Part shown: positions 1 through 13,212 of the stretch, one piece after another
Layout: each line of letters opens with the position of its first letter
Numbering within the stretch: position 1 is the stretch's first letter
Source of the DNA: Hemiscyllium ocellatum
Lineage: Eukaryota
DNA length: 64,000 nt
NCBI RefSeq assembly: GCF_020745735.1
Contig: NC_083408.1
Span: 44,608,484-44,672,483, forward strand
Direction: 5' to 3'
Program-made: the position numbers and the translations under genes
Notes under the pieces: model-generated
Seen by the model: only the letters and a program-made list of their open reading frames with translations
What the model was told of the DNA's origin: nothing
The model's database searches: none

Positions 1-545
1 TGACACATCATTCTTTTCGTAAAAGAGTTTTGCTCCAATTTTTTGTTATGGATATCTTGTATTTATCACTCCAAATTATGATCGTACTGACAAGTAGAAA
101 AGTACACAGTCATTTAGCCTCTTATTATCTAAACGCTGCCAGTCAACCTTCCCTGAAGAGCTCTAACTTGTTCAGATATTCCTGACTGTTAGAACCTTTA
201 CATTCTAGTATTATTTGAGAGACATTGGACAAGATGCCAATAAAAATCTTTTTTTAGAATACATTAATCAGACGGAAAAACTGCTCACAACTAGACATCT
301 GCAACCTTTAATAATTTCTATTTATTTCAAATTTTATTTGATGAAAAGGTAGAATGTAAACATATGGTTCACTTTGCAATAGTAAAATATTACTTGAACA
401 ATTAAGGACAGAATTCTACAGATTTTGCTTGCATGATGCCAAACTTATAAACACACAGCACAACGAAAGTTAGCACACTCATTCAATTTGCATAGATTTC
501 CAAAAATACATTAGAACAAGATATCAAAAACCCCACAAAACATAC

Positions 546-613
546 CTGCTACATTGTCTTTTTTAGCTCGAACCTTAACCTGTGCCTTGTTCACATTCTG
601 GATCACAGTAGTG
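546..613 (-). CDS. ATP6V1D: V-ATPase V1 subunit D, coding exon 4 (gene continues left of window)
   Basis: Minus strand reads (S)TTVIQNVNKAQVKVRAKKDNVA(G); tttgcag acceptor, gtatg donor; 68 nt, in phase with exon 3. Confidence 0.96.
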
Positions 614-1507
614 CTGCAAAAAAAAAGACATCAGCCACAAGTCTACATGCACTTCACAAGTATGAAGACGTTTCATAATTAATATTGAGGATTCATGTTT
701 GAAGGATTGCTAACAGTGGTTCAATTGAAAAGCCTGTCAACATATCTGAACTTTTTTATTAATATCATGAAAGGACCACCGAAAGGGATCAGGACTTTAT
801 TTTCATAAGACACTTCTTGGAGATCACATGTTTTAAGCTTACTGGTGGACTTATTTACTTGATATCACATGCATGGGCTAATGACTGCCAGAAGTTAGTT
901 TGCTTTTAATATGGTTCAGTTGAGATACAGTTCACCGAGAGAAGCTACCAAACCAAACTTCTGCCTGTGAGAAAATCGTTTTGAGGGCCCAGTGTGACAA
1001 CAGACACTGAACTAGCCTCTTTACATTGCCTGAATGAACTGCATCTGTTAACGTCCCAATGAGATCTGCCTGCATTTAATAACCCTCATTTGTGTGCGCG
1101 CGAGGGCTCTGACTAAACGTGATCATCAACATTTCATAACTTATCCTCCTTCTTCCTTCAAGAACTAACCATCATTTGACCAAAGTGATTTTCTTTTCAA
1201 AATTAATCTATAAGAAAGTTTTTCTTTTAATTGATTTGCATACACTGGGGTTATTTAGAAGGGTTAATATTTATGCTTTCATGCTGTGAATTAATCCAAT
1301 TTGCATCTTGTCAAGTAAATCTTGTTTCAAAATAGATCAATAATGCTATTAGAGGAACCTGGCTGATGGATCTTTTTACTTTAAATGTAAACATACATCA
1401 AGTATATAATTAGCCATTTTCAGTGGCTAGGTAAAGTGTTAAAATTTATATCGTGACCAGTGGAGTGTTAGGCTTAGACAGCAACAATGCAGTTCACAAA
1501 TTTCAGT

Positions 1508-1757
1508 CACAGAATCCTAGAATCCCTACAGTACAGAAAGAGACCATTTGCCCTATCAGGTCCACAACAGCCCTCTGAAGAGCATTCCATTCAGAAATAG
1601 TCCCCTACTCTAATCTCAGTCCCAGATTTACCATGAATAATCTACTTGGCACGTGGGATGAAACTGGAGGATCAGGCAGAAACCACACAGACACAGAATC
1701 TACAAACTCCACACAGAGTCACTCTAGGACCAAATCTGGATCCCGGGTGCTGCGCTG
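1508..1757 (-). mobile_element. Decayed HE1-like SINE (other partial copies at about 45020-45185 and 54460-54660)
   Basis: caaactccacacagag core and agaatccctacagt tail. Confidence 0.65.
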
Positions 1758-2198
1758 CCCCAAATACTCTAATCTATTTAACTTGAAGGTAACGGATTTC
1801 AATCTGATACTTCACATTTTAAGCAGTGAATTCCTAATGGTATTTGATCAAAAGTTATGTTAATGGACTAATGCTGAAAAGTATAGCTTAATTATACACA
1901 GCTAATGAACAACCTTTATGGTTAAGCGTATTTCAAATTCAGCACACTTGTGTTAAGTCAGTAAATATGACATGGACTCTAATCATAAGCAATTGAAAAA
2001 ATTCAACATCTATTAAGATTCCAATTTAATGTATAACAATTTTTCATAAAATAACTGTTCCCATGGAGCAAGTAAAGATCAGCCAAGTCACCAAAACTAT
2101 TGTCTCTAAACACCAATAACAAAGACGAATTTCCCAAAGCCTTAGTTACAGACTAAGTGGTCACTCTGCAGAGAAATCTTTGGCAATTGCGGTCTCAC

Positions 2199-2278
2199 CT
2201 GAAGTCTCCAGCAGTGAATTTGGCTTCAGCTAAGGAAAAGGCTGCTTCCCTCATTACTTCACCCATCAGCGTCTTAGT
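2199..2278 (-). CDS. ATP6V1D: V-ATPase V1 subunit D, coding exon 3
   Basis: TKTLMGEVMREAAFSLAEAKFTAGDF(S); ctcag acceptor, gtgaga donor; 80 nt. Confidence 0.96.
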
Positions 2279-2544
2279 CTGAGATGCAAAACCGAAAATT
2301 AATGCAAATGTTTGATGTGGCACTGCTAACTTTTACTGAAATACAGGGCTCAGCAGCCTTTATATCATTTTATCTTTGCTACAAGGCTCTTTGTTTAATT
2401 AAAAAGGAAATGCCCAGTTCATTTACAGATACATCATAACATTTGTTATCTCCAACCGTCTGTGAGGATGCCCTCATTTTCTGTCTATCGCCTTAATATA
2501 TTCATCATCTTTGCCACCCAGGTAAAAGCAGTCAGAGTGCTTAA

Positions 2545-3475
2545 ACAGGCCCTAAAAATAGTGGATACTTGATAGTCACTTTTCAAAATTCTGTTGATTT
2601 TGGAACAGTTCCTATGGATGTCACTAATGTAACTACTTTAAAAAGGAGGTAGTCAGAAAACAGGGATTAGAGGCCAGTTCGCCTGATATCTGTAGTATGG
2701 AAAATGTTGGAGTCCATTATAAAAGATTTAAATGCAAAGAACTTTGAAAACCAAACAGGATTGGAACAAGTCAGTATGGATTTATGAAAGGGAAATCAAG
2801 CTTGACAAATCTATTGGAATTTTACCAGACTTCCAGAGCCTTTCCACATCAGTCACGTAAAGTTAACGTGCTTGGAATGGGGGGGGCAGTGTACAGACAT
2901 GGATAACCTGGTCGTTAGACAGGAAACATCGCTGGAATAAACAGAACTTTTTCCAAGCGGTAGCCACTGACTAGTGGGATACAGCAGGGATCAGTGCATG
3001 GACCCCATGAGATAAATGAAGAAACTAAATGCAATAATGCATGGTGTAGATGGGAAATCTGGGTCCAGTTGCTGAAAGCATGCATGCAGATGGTGAGGAA
3101 GGCAAATGTTACATTGACCATCATAGCAAAGGGACTGGAATACAGGAGCAAGGATGTCATGATGCAATTCCACAGTGTCTTGGTGAGACCACATCTGGAG
3201 TATTATGTGCAGTTGTAGTCTCCTTATCTGACAAAACACATTCTAGTTATGGAGGGAGTGCAATGAAGGTTTACCAGACTGTTTCTTGGGAACGACAGGA
3301 TTGACGTATAAGAGACTGAATCAGTTAAGACTATATTGACTGGACTTTAGAAGAATGAGTGGAATCTCATAGAAACCTATTCTAACAGAATTAGACAGAA
3401 CAAACACAGGAAGGATATTCCCGATGAGATGGAAATCCAGAACCAGAGGGCATGGTAAGGAGAAATTTCTTCACA
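2545..3475 (+). mobile_element. Old CR1 ORF2 fragments
   Basis: GLEYRSKDVM..LVRPHLEYYVQ; ggatttatgaaagggaaatc. Confidence 0.75.
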
Positions 3476-3627
3476 CAAAGATAGGAAGCTAAATAGAACT
3501 ATACTGAATGATCAGGACTGCAGCGTTAAAAACTGCACTAACATTGCTAAGTGTATTTTGTGAACTAGAAGGAAAATAAATAAGAAGGTTTAGTTAACAT
3601 AATAATTGCTCTGAAAACAAATTTCAC

Positions 3628-3745
3628 CTCTATAATCTTTTTCAGGATTTGTCTGAAACGCAGGGTAAGGGCATCAGACTTTTTCTTTAGTAGGTTGCGA
3701 CCAGTCTGAGCACCTTTTAAACGGGCCTTCATTATAGTTTGTGCC
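3628..3745 (-). CDS. ATP6V1D: V-ATPase V1 subunit D, coding exon 2
   Basis: (M)AQTIMKARLKGAQTGRNLLKKKSDALTLRFRQILKKIIE; tacag acceptor, gtgaaa donor; 118 nt. Confidence 0.97.
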
Positions 3746-5274
3746 CTGTAACAAACGCAAAGGAAAAAACGTTAGGTTTACTATTTCTGCCGACTGTCTT
3801 ATTTAATTAGACTTAACATTAAATGGATTTATTTTTCAGCACAAAGGTTGCATATTGGATTCTTATTTTCAATGGCACCTTTACAAGTGTGCATTTCTTT
3901 GCATAAATAGGAAAGCTTCCAGTGAGAGAAAGATACAATGCTTTTGCCCCCAGTTTTCATGTTGATGTGTTGGGAAGAAGTGATTCACATATCTATTTTT
4001 AAAACTGGGGGAAGAGCTGTTCTTTTAAATGCACATGAAACATTTAGGGTTAAAAAGAAGAACAATGAACAGCTTTAGCTTGCTAGATAAATAGATGGTG
4101 GGCTCTTGCAGCATAGTGTAGTGCCCCTACCTCGGAGCTAGGAAGCTCACATTTAGGTCCCACCTGCCTCAGGTGTCATAACAACGACAGAGCTGGTGGG
4201 CTTAAAATTCTTTGTAAACAGCTGGATGGATAATTCCAAGTGTGAACCAAACGTGGCCAATAGTTGTTTCGACTACAATTAAGTCAAATATTTGGGGCCA
4301 GCACACAACAGAAACATACGTGACATCCATCGTTCACTCGGATATCTTGTAAATTTGAAACTATCACAAGAATGTTAAGCGAGAGAGTTTAACGACATGT
4401 AGAACAAAAGATTTTATTCTCTCCAAACCAAATATTTCAGGCCGAAAAACATTTTCATTACAATAGCGCCATTTTCAAAGTGAACCTGAGGAAGAATTTT
4501 GAACTGTTTAAATGTGAACATGACAAAACTGATTTTTTTCTAAAACTGCAACAAATATAAGAGTTGAACAACCAGTTGCATTGTGTCAAGATTTCATGAA
4601 AATTCAGCAACGAAAAATTTTGCTCAGCTGATTCTCATGTATTAAACTCCCCCAAACCAGTTCCTAGTGTCACTGTATACACTGTTTATACAAAAATATT
4701 TGTTTTAAAATTTTTTTCTATTGAAAAAGGTCATAGAGGACATCAAGTAAAAGGGGTTAGATTTTAAATATGAAAGATTCTCATGAAGCAGCTTAGAATT
4801 AATTATTCTTGAAGATCTTTAAAATGCCATGAGCAGGTGCAGGAAGTAGTCAAGGTGGCTGATGGAATGTTGGCCTTCATATCCAAAAGGCTGGAGTAGA
4901 AGAATGCAGATGTTATCCTGTAGTTATACAAAACCTTAGACCCCACTTAGACTATCAAGAGCAGATTTGGGCACCACACCCTAGGAAGGTTTTCATGGCC
5001 CTGGAGGGAGTTCAATGCAGGTTTATAAAGGATGAAACATGGAATTCAGAGGTTCAGTTACAAGAAAAGATTGGATAAATTAGACCCTCATTCTCTAGAA
5101 TTGAGGTTTTGAAATATTTTTGGAGTATTTTCAATAATTCAACGTTCGAGAATCAGGGTGCATAGTATGAGAATTAGGACTCGGCCATTCAAGAGATGTT
5201 AGAAAGCACTTCTACACACAAAGAGTAGAGGGGTTTGGAACCTTCTTCCTCAAATGGCAGTCTATGCTAATTCA

Positions 5275-5794
5275 AGCAAATCTTAGCAGTACTTATACAC
5301 TTAATGGTAAGGTCCTAGGGAGTGCTGCTGAACAAAGAGACCTTGGAGTGCAGTTCATAGCTCCTTGAAAGTGGAGTCACAGGTAGATAGGATAGTGAAG
5401 GTGGCGTTTGGTATGTTTTCCTTTATTGGTCAGAGTATGGAGTACAGGGGTTGGGGCTGTACAGGACATTGGTTAGGCCACTGTTGGAATATTGCGTGCA
5501 ATTCTGGTCTCCTTCCTATCGGAAAGATGTTGTCAAACTTGAAAGGGTTCAGAAAAGATTTACAAGGATGTTGCCACGGTTGGAGGATTTGAGCTATAGG
5601 GAGAGGCTGAACAGGCTGGGGCTGTTTTCTCTGGAGCGGAGGCTGAGGGGTGACCTTATAGAGGTTTACAAAATTATGAGGGGCATGGATAGGATAAATA
5701 GACAAAGTCTTTTCCCTAGGGTTGGGGAGTTCAGAACTAGAGGGCATAGGTTTACGGTGAGAGGGGAAAGATATAAAAGAGACCTACGAGGCAA
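5275..5794 (+). mobile_element. CR1-clade LINE (HER1-like) ORF2 fragment
   Basis: LYRTLVRPLLEYCVQFWSP..LERVQKRFTRML..RLRGDLIEVYKIM. Confidence 0.9.
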
Positions 5795-7045
5795 AATTAA
5801 ATAATAACCTCAGTTTTTGGTGATCATTACAGAACAATACTAGCTAGAACAACCCTTCTCTCACATTTCTGAAATTCTAACCTGTCAGTTAAATAATTTT
5901 GGAAAAGGGGATAGGCAGGGTGCTGCATGTAACCAGTGAACCTTTCCAAATCAGATACAAAACGTGCTGTGGATGAAGTCCAAATTCAGACAACACTAAT
6001 TTATTAAAGTATTCTGTACCTGCAGTGGAGCTCATATTTATTTCTACCATGTCACAATTTCACAAGTCTTGGTGTATATAGTTATGTCTAACAAAAAACT
6101 GTTTTAGAGGATGCTCAAAATCCTCTCTTGATTTCTCAAAATCAATCATCTCGAACCACTGTAGCCACTGTAGGGTTGCCAGATAGGCATTACAAAGTCT
6201 TCATTATACAGCAGTACAAATGTTTGTTTTCCCATACCATTGCATACAATAGAACTTACTAAAAATTCAGAACTATGTGGTGTTCATGCATTTTTGTAAG
6301 TGATTTTTTACTCCAATGCCATTTTAATTTGTAGTATTTTAAATCGGTTTAGTTGTGTTTCCTAGACTAACTTTGAATATTTTCAATGCAAGAGTCTGAG
6401 GCACAATGTAACCGCAGAACCTGCAGGTGCAGAAAAGCAACCTTGGTTTTAATGATCTATTTGTAAATTTTATGATTTTTTTAGTCAATTTACCCAGTGA
6501 CTTGATTTGTTCCAATTTTGAAAATAACCTAACAGAGGTGTTTTTGTTAGGTAGTATCAGGCATAGTATTGACAAACGTTAGTGATGTGCACTTTGCACA
6601 AATCATGTGGAGATGCACGTATAATGGCTGCTTTTGATTTTAAAAAGCTGGTTCTCACATGTTACTTAATACAAAATTTAAATGAAGAGAATGAGTTTAC
6701 TTTGCAAAATACCAATGTTGATGATAAATTGTTAATAACGAATTGCGAAATTTTGGAATTTGATATCCAAATTGGGCACCGATACATTAATCTGTCTGTG
6801 ATTTAATTGCCGAAAGACACTCGCAACTTTTAGTTAGTTTCGAATATGAAAGTTCATTTATTTGGAAATAGCTGGATGATTCAGGAAGGAATGAGTCGAC
6901 CCACTTAAACGCAGTTTCATCACAACGGCCCTTCTCCTGACCCAAAATTTCAAATGCTAAACTTTAAAATTTTCGGGTCAGAGCACCAGACTCCAAACCT
7001 GCGACGACAGGTTGAACGGTAATCAAAACGAAATCTGATACTCAC

Positions 7046-7086
7046 ATTCGAGATGGAAAGATCTCGATCCTCTCTTTGCCTGACAT
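7046..7086 (-). CDS. ATP6V1D: V-ATPase V1 subunit D, coding part of exon 1
   Basis: ATG at 7086, MSGKERIEIFPSR(M), donor gtgagt; 41 nt; matches the vertebrate N-terminus MSGKDRIEIFPSRM. Confidence 0.96.
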
Positions 7087-7089
7087 TTT

Positions 7090-8052
7090 TGGGCTATTTC
7101 AGAAGTCGAGGGGGGAGAGCGAATCCAACAGCTGATGGAAAAGGTGAAAATCCTGGCAACCGACGAGGAATGTCCCGTGACCTTCAGCAAGTTGCCAGGC
7201 AGTGACTGAGTCCTAGTGGGGCTACTTCCTCCTGCAAATAGCTATTATTTTTTTCCCCCCTGGATTGTTGGTTTTCACAGATCAGCTGCTGGGAAAACCA
7301 CGTGACAGGGCGGAGGTGACCTGTGACCTTCCTCGACGACGGGAGGGTGGAGCTTAACTTTCTCCAAATATTCTAGATACGGGTGCTTTTTTTTTAAAAA
7401 AATAAACTTGACCCTCGTGTTGTTGTTTGCCTCACCGATTCAATGTCTCGGTGTTTTATCTCGCTGTTATTTATTATCGACGATCCTTCACCAAAATGGC
7501 GGCAGCGCGTCTTTACTCCCCTGCTTCCCCTCGTCCGGTACTGGGCAACGAAAATCCAACAAAGCTATCGTGTAAAAAGCTAGTGAGGGTGGGTCATGAA
7601 TGTCACTAATCAAGGCGGCTCCGCTTATTTTGATAGGGACTTCGAGGGTAACGTGGAGCGTCCATTTTCTTTCTCCCCTCCCCCTCTCCTCCTCTCGGCT
7701 TCCTGTCACAGCGCTGCGCCTGCGCAGGAGTGACGGTGATGGGGTGAATGTAAGGCATTTTGCCTGCGCGCGAGGTGTTCTGCGGAGCAACGAGATGGGG
7801 AAACATACCGCACCTGCGCTGTGAGGTGTGCGGTCGACGCTGCGCCTTTGCAGAAGGAAGAGAATACCGCAGCTGAAACGGAAATGGCATCGCGCCTGCG
7901 CAGAAGGGAGAGGACGTCGTAAGGGAAACAAACGGCACCGCGCCTGCGCACAAAGTGTATGCGAGGCGACGGAAACGGCGCCAAGTAAGAGAGTGGGCCT
8001 GAGGTGCCGATTGCCTTCCCTCGGAGCAGCGTTGTCCGCAGATTGTGCTCAA
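7090..8052. promoter_or_regulatory. CpG-rich bidirectional promoter between ATP6V1D and EIF2S1
   Basis: CpG-dense island between divergent genes; E-box CCACGTGAC 7298-7306, GC box 7308-7313, YY1 motif CAAAATGGCGGC 7492-7503, NRF1 motifs YGCGCCTGCGCA at 7715, 7891 and 7939, ETS-like CGGAAA at 7879 and 7970. Confidence 0.85.
7960..8052 (+). other. EIF2S1: Probable non-coding exon 1 of EIF2S1 (start approximate)
   Basis: Strong donor CAA|gtaagt after 8052 just downstream of the NRF1 cluster; the ATG lies 1 nt into the next exon, so an upstream UTR exon is required. Alternative donors near 7984 and 8084 cannot be excluded. Confidence 0.55.
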
Positions 8053-8383
8053 GTAAGTGAGACACTGAACTGTCTTTTCACGCCGTGAGTCTGTGCCCTG
8101 CCACTGATTCACTGGAAAAGGTGGGTGTGGACTCTGGCCTAATGACAGCATGTTTTATCCGGGCACAGCGGGTCCTCGACTTCATCCGCAGGCTCACCCA
8201 GGCCACGGTGACCCGCCTTTTAAATGGTTCCAGTCAGTCTGTGTCTGTGTCTGTCTCCGTGTCATTTGAAATCTGACCGAGAACTCTCACCGCGTATCTC
8301 TGGGTTGCCCTGAGATTTTCCGGTGGGGCCTCTCCTGCCACTCCAAATACTCCCAAGGCCTGGAATGTGGTAGTTTCAGAGAA

Positions 8384-8487
8384 TGGTGGTAGTGTCCCCA
8401 TCTCTGACCCAGGAGATCCGCATTCAAGTCCCATTTGTTCCAGAGGAGTGTAATAACATCCCTGAACAGGTTGATTAGATAATATCT
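8384..8487 (+). mobile_element. Short tRNA-derived SINE, third family (other copies at about 4105-4210 plus, 37425-37535 minus)
   Basis: ggtagtgtccccatctctga...ttcaagtccca...taataacatccctgaacaggttgattaga. Confidence 0.55.
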
Positions 8488-8774
8488 GCAGCCACGTGTG
8501 ATCTGACTGAGGATTCTTGAAGTTCACAGATGGAAGGTAGATGGATTGCATCATTCTTAAAGTGAAATCCCAGGGGATGGAAGGCCTCAATGCTGTATTC
8601 ACTTCGTTGTCAAGGAATGTCTTCTCTATCCCTGTTAGTTTAGGAATTGAGCTAGGTCAGGCTTAAATTTCCTTGTTTTAAGAGACTAGATATTTGGAAT
8701 TAAGGCCTTATGGACATTTTTGTACTTTCTCATGAGTAAGATGATGAATTCAAATGAGGTATCATTGCATTATT

Positions 8775-8969
8775 ATTGAAAAACATGGTGTTGGAAAAGC
8801 ACAGCAGGTCAGGCAATATCCAGGCAGCAGGAGAATTGATGTTTCGGGCATAAGCCCTTCATCAAGAATTGATTATCCTTCTCCTCGGATGCTGCCCGAC
8901 CTGCTGTGCTTTTCCAGCGCCACACTTTTCGACTCATCTCCAGCGTTAGCAGTCTTCACTTTTCTCAAA
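8775..8969. mobile_element. Short PLE-terminus insertion with two inverted arms
   Basis: TSD attgcattatt 8764-8774 and 8970-8980; ggaaaagcacagcaggtc versus gacctgctgtgcttttcc inverted; decayed hammerhead on the minus strand at about 8838-8868. Confidence 0.75.
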
Positions 8970-9924
8970 ATTGCATTATTGCTGATTGTTTTTCAGTTTT
9001 CTAATCTCTTTGATGTAGATAAACTTGGACAAAACTAATAAAAATCTGAGCCCTTTTCCTTAAGTTAATAAATGAAATGAAGTATAGATATTTGAAATAA
9101 AAATGAAAAGAAAATTGTACTATGAAGTAACAGGTGTGTCACAAAAATGGCCAGATTGGCTTCAAACCACTAAATGTAATTAGTCTTGGCTGACAGCTCC
9201 TATTGATTTTTAATTGAAGTTTATTGAGCTATCCAAAGCCTGCATCAATGGATTTTCTGTCATTCTGATCCCATAGCTCTATTGTAAATTCTCGTGGATT
9301 TAATATTGGAATGATGACACATGCAACTCTCCAGTGGTAGAATGGAAAATTCCTATAAAGCAACAATATCACATTTATTGATACCTTCTCATCAACCTGG
9401 TCAGAGATGTCACTTCATACATTGAACCTAGGTCCACACGTTGACTTAAAGGTACTTTATAGTTATTTTAATTAATCGGTATAGACACATAGAGCTTCAG
9501 ATGTGACTCAGAGGTGGGGACACTGCCATTGCACCATCTTGTGTCCCATCTTGTTTCTTTATATCCTGGGGAATTTAATGGAGATATAACTGTGCTTATG
9601 ATTTCGTCAAAAAGGTTGTCCCTTTGGCTTGTTCTGCTGGATTTTCCTGTGTTGGGGATGGCCGTCTGCTCCCTTGTTTAATTAAGGTGAAACTCTGCCT
9701 CAGAGGACTAAAATTAAAACTGTGGGCCCAGTGAAAGTTCAGCTTCTAGTGGCATCTTTTATATGTGAAACTTTGCCTCATTGCTTCCATTGAAGTACCA
9801 GTGCTTGATCTGTTGCACAACAAGTGTAGTTTCCTTTCCTCTCTCACTGGCATCTGGACAGGAAAAAGTTGGGTTCAATCCACTATAGCTCAGACCATAT
9901 AATCCAGGCTGACACTTCATTTAG

Positions 9925-10330
9925 AAATGACTGGATTCAGAGGTGCTTCCCCATGATTATGCCTGGAATGGAAATTTAAGTTATGAGGAAAGTTCAGATA
10001 GGCTTGGATTGTTTTCATTGGAGCAGAGAAACTAAAGGGCAATCTGATTGGGGTGTACAGGATTGAGGGGTGTACAAGTTGTGGATGAGGAACCATTATT
10101 CCCCTAAATTGGAAGGTCATTTGTGAGGGGCAGGAGTTTTAAAAGGAATGTGAGGAAAAAACTTTTTACCCAGAGGATGGTGATGGTCTGGAATGAGCTG
10201 CCTCAAAGGGTGGTAGAGGCAAAGTATCTCACGTCCTTTTAATAAGTAGCACTTGGCATGTCATAACATTCAAAGCTGTGTGCTAGTTGCTGGTGTTGTT
10301 TGAATAGACTCTTCTGCACTATATGATTTT
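9925..10330 (+). mobile_element. Old CR1 3' fragment
   Basis: ttttacccagaggatggtgatggtctggaatgagctgcc and tail ctatatgattttatg. Confidence 0.65.
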
Positions 10331-11945
10331 ATGGCTGCATGATTGGGTGTTCACCTTTGTATGAGAACATAGGCTTGAGAGTTGGGAGTATTTCTGCTGA
10401 GTGAAAGAAGACGAAGAAGAGAGTTTTTTTAAATTATGAAGGGTTTCGAGACTATTTGGTAAACAGCTTTATTGAAATCTTGATCAGTTGTTGGAGGGCA
10501 TCAATTTAAATGAGTTAGGTAAGTTAGGATAAACCTGTAGTGCTTTCACATACAGTAGCCTCTGCTTTCACTACTTTATCTTTTTATGGAAGAGATGAAT
10601 ATTTGAAGAGATAAGATTTTGAGAATAAGTAACTTGTGAGATGGTTTTAAATTGTTTTAGCAGCAAGTTAGGTCATCAAAATAGTCCTTACGTAATTTCC
10701 TGTGGTTTTAAATTCTCTGTGCAAATCCTTCCCTAAGCAACAACAAAGAAACTTCACTTTAAAAAAAGTGTAAGGTAGAATATTTTTAAGCTTCAATGTT
10801 ATTTCCATATAATCAGTGCCCTGTCAAAAGAAAATACAGAAAAAATGCATCAGACATCAAATGCCTTTGGTATGTCTGGAAAATAGATGTGTGCATGGAT
10901 GTTTGGGAAAAAACAGGAACTGCTTAGCTGTAACATTATTGTTTTGTTTCCAAAGAATAGTTAATTTGGTGATACATAGAAGACGGTTACTCAGTGGGAA
11001 GTAAATTAAAAGAACTGTAGATTTAAATAATTTCAGCATAATTTGCAAGAGTTGCATTTCAGATACAGTCATTTGCTAGTCAGCATTAGTGAATTAAATG
11101 CTACATGTCACCAAGGCTTTATACCTTTTGTTATGCCTGTTCAGAGATTCTGATAACTTGTAAATTATTAGAACAGCACAAACCAGTGATTCTTACACTT
11201 CCAGGAAAGCTAATTTAAAAAATTCAGAAAAGAATTAAACCTCGCATGTTTAAACAGTTCTGTGAATTGTTCATGAACATTGTAGCAAGTGACCTACTTC
11301 CTGCCTTTGCTCCACCTCCCTTCACAGTTTTGATGAACACAAGTCTGTCAGTCCCCAATTTAACATGCATATTTGTTTGAGCACCAATTCCCAAATGTTC
11401 TCAATTTTTGCTACTGTGTTTAGAAATGTTTCCAGATTTCACTCCTAAATTTTTGTTCTATATTTTTGGATTGAGCCTCTAAATGTTGAATTCTGCATCC
11501 ACCAGAGATGGTGTGTGTTCAAAGAACCCAGCTGTTATCTTTAACAGATATATGAATTGTAGAACATCATGTGCTTTTATGCTTAGATCAGCTAATGATT
11601 GGTATCTTCCTGGTTTGTATAGCTGAGCGTCTCACTGGTTGAACTCATTCTATTTTTGTGTATTCCGTGCCAATCCATAATATAAAGTAATTCTAATCAT
11701 CATTCAAAAAAATTTAGCATTCATTAAAGTTGCAAACAAACAAATTTTTTGAAATGGCAGGAGTAACTAAAAACATCTTTGGTTTGTGCTTTTCTAAACA
11801 TTGCAAGAAGTACATTCTCTGCAAATAAAAAAATACTTTGCATTGAGCTTCTGAATTAAAGAAACTTTTTTTTATTTGATCGTTAGGTATTATGCTCCTT
11901 TCTTGTTTCCTTGAAGCTGCCAAGCTGAAATGAACTATATGCTGA

Positions 11946-12422
<477 letters not shown>

Positions 12423-12814
12423 TAGAAATGGTGTGCCATTAATGATGATAACTGGAGCTTCATTAATGGTTCATTCATTATGTTTGCTAATCTCTGACTC
12501 ACTGGTTGTGCTTTTACTTCTGAGACATCTGGTGTGGCTTTAAAACTCACCTGAGGATTTTGAGCACCAAGTTTTGATTGCCAGTGCAGTGTTGAGTTAC
12601 AATTTGGGTTAATCTTTTTAAATGAAGGTCCTAACTGCTCTCTTGAGTAGATGTTTCAATTCCAATAGTATCAGGAGATGAGCAGGACAGTTCTTAAGGA
12701 TAACGTTCATCTCCTAGCAATTCCATCAAGCATGTTTTCGTTTTTATTGGTCTTCTGGGCCTACTGTTTGTAAACACTTCAAAATAAATTAATTGCCTCT
12801 AAGAGCCTGAGGAG

Positions 12815-13212
12815 TGGTGCGGTGACTCACAGCACCAGGGTCCCGGGTTTGATTCCAGCCTCTGGTGACTCCAGTCTGTGTGGAGTTTGCACAGCCACCC
12901 CGTGTCAGGAAAAATGTAGAGTAATATTTAGGGGAATGGGTCTTCGTGGTTTACTCTTCAGAGGGTCGGTGTGGACATAGAGTCATAGAGATGTACAGTA
13001 TGGAAACAGACCCTTTGGTCCAACTCGTCCATGCTGACCAGATATCCCAACCCAATCTAGTCCCACCTGCCAGCACCAGGCCCATATCCCTCCAAACCCT
13101 TCCTATTCCAATACCCATCCTGATGCCTTTTAAATGTTACAATTTTACTAGCCTCCACCACTTCCTCTGGCAGCTGGCAAGTTTCCACACTGTAGGAATT
13201 CTATGATTCTAT
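12815..13212 (+). mobile_element. HE1-like SINE interrupted by a CR1 3' end
   Basis: Head and core 12815-12976; tail resumes at about 13180. Confidence 0.75.
12977..13175 (-). mobile_element. CR1-clade LINE 3' end nested in a SINE
   Basis: atagagtcatagagatgtacag tail, nearly identical to 48560 and 61191; flanked on both sides by SINE sequence. Confidence 0.85.

Noticed and set aside
1-545. ATP6V1D exon 5
   Set aside because: No GVTLPVF-like frame found; presumably outside the window
7427-8276. Several 60-181 aa ORFs over the promoter
   Set aside because: Stop-poor GC-rich island; no recognisable protein; overlap regulatory motifs on both strands
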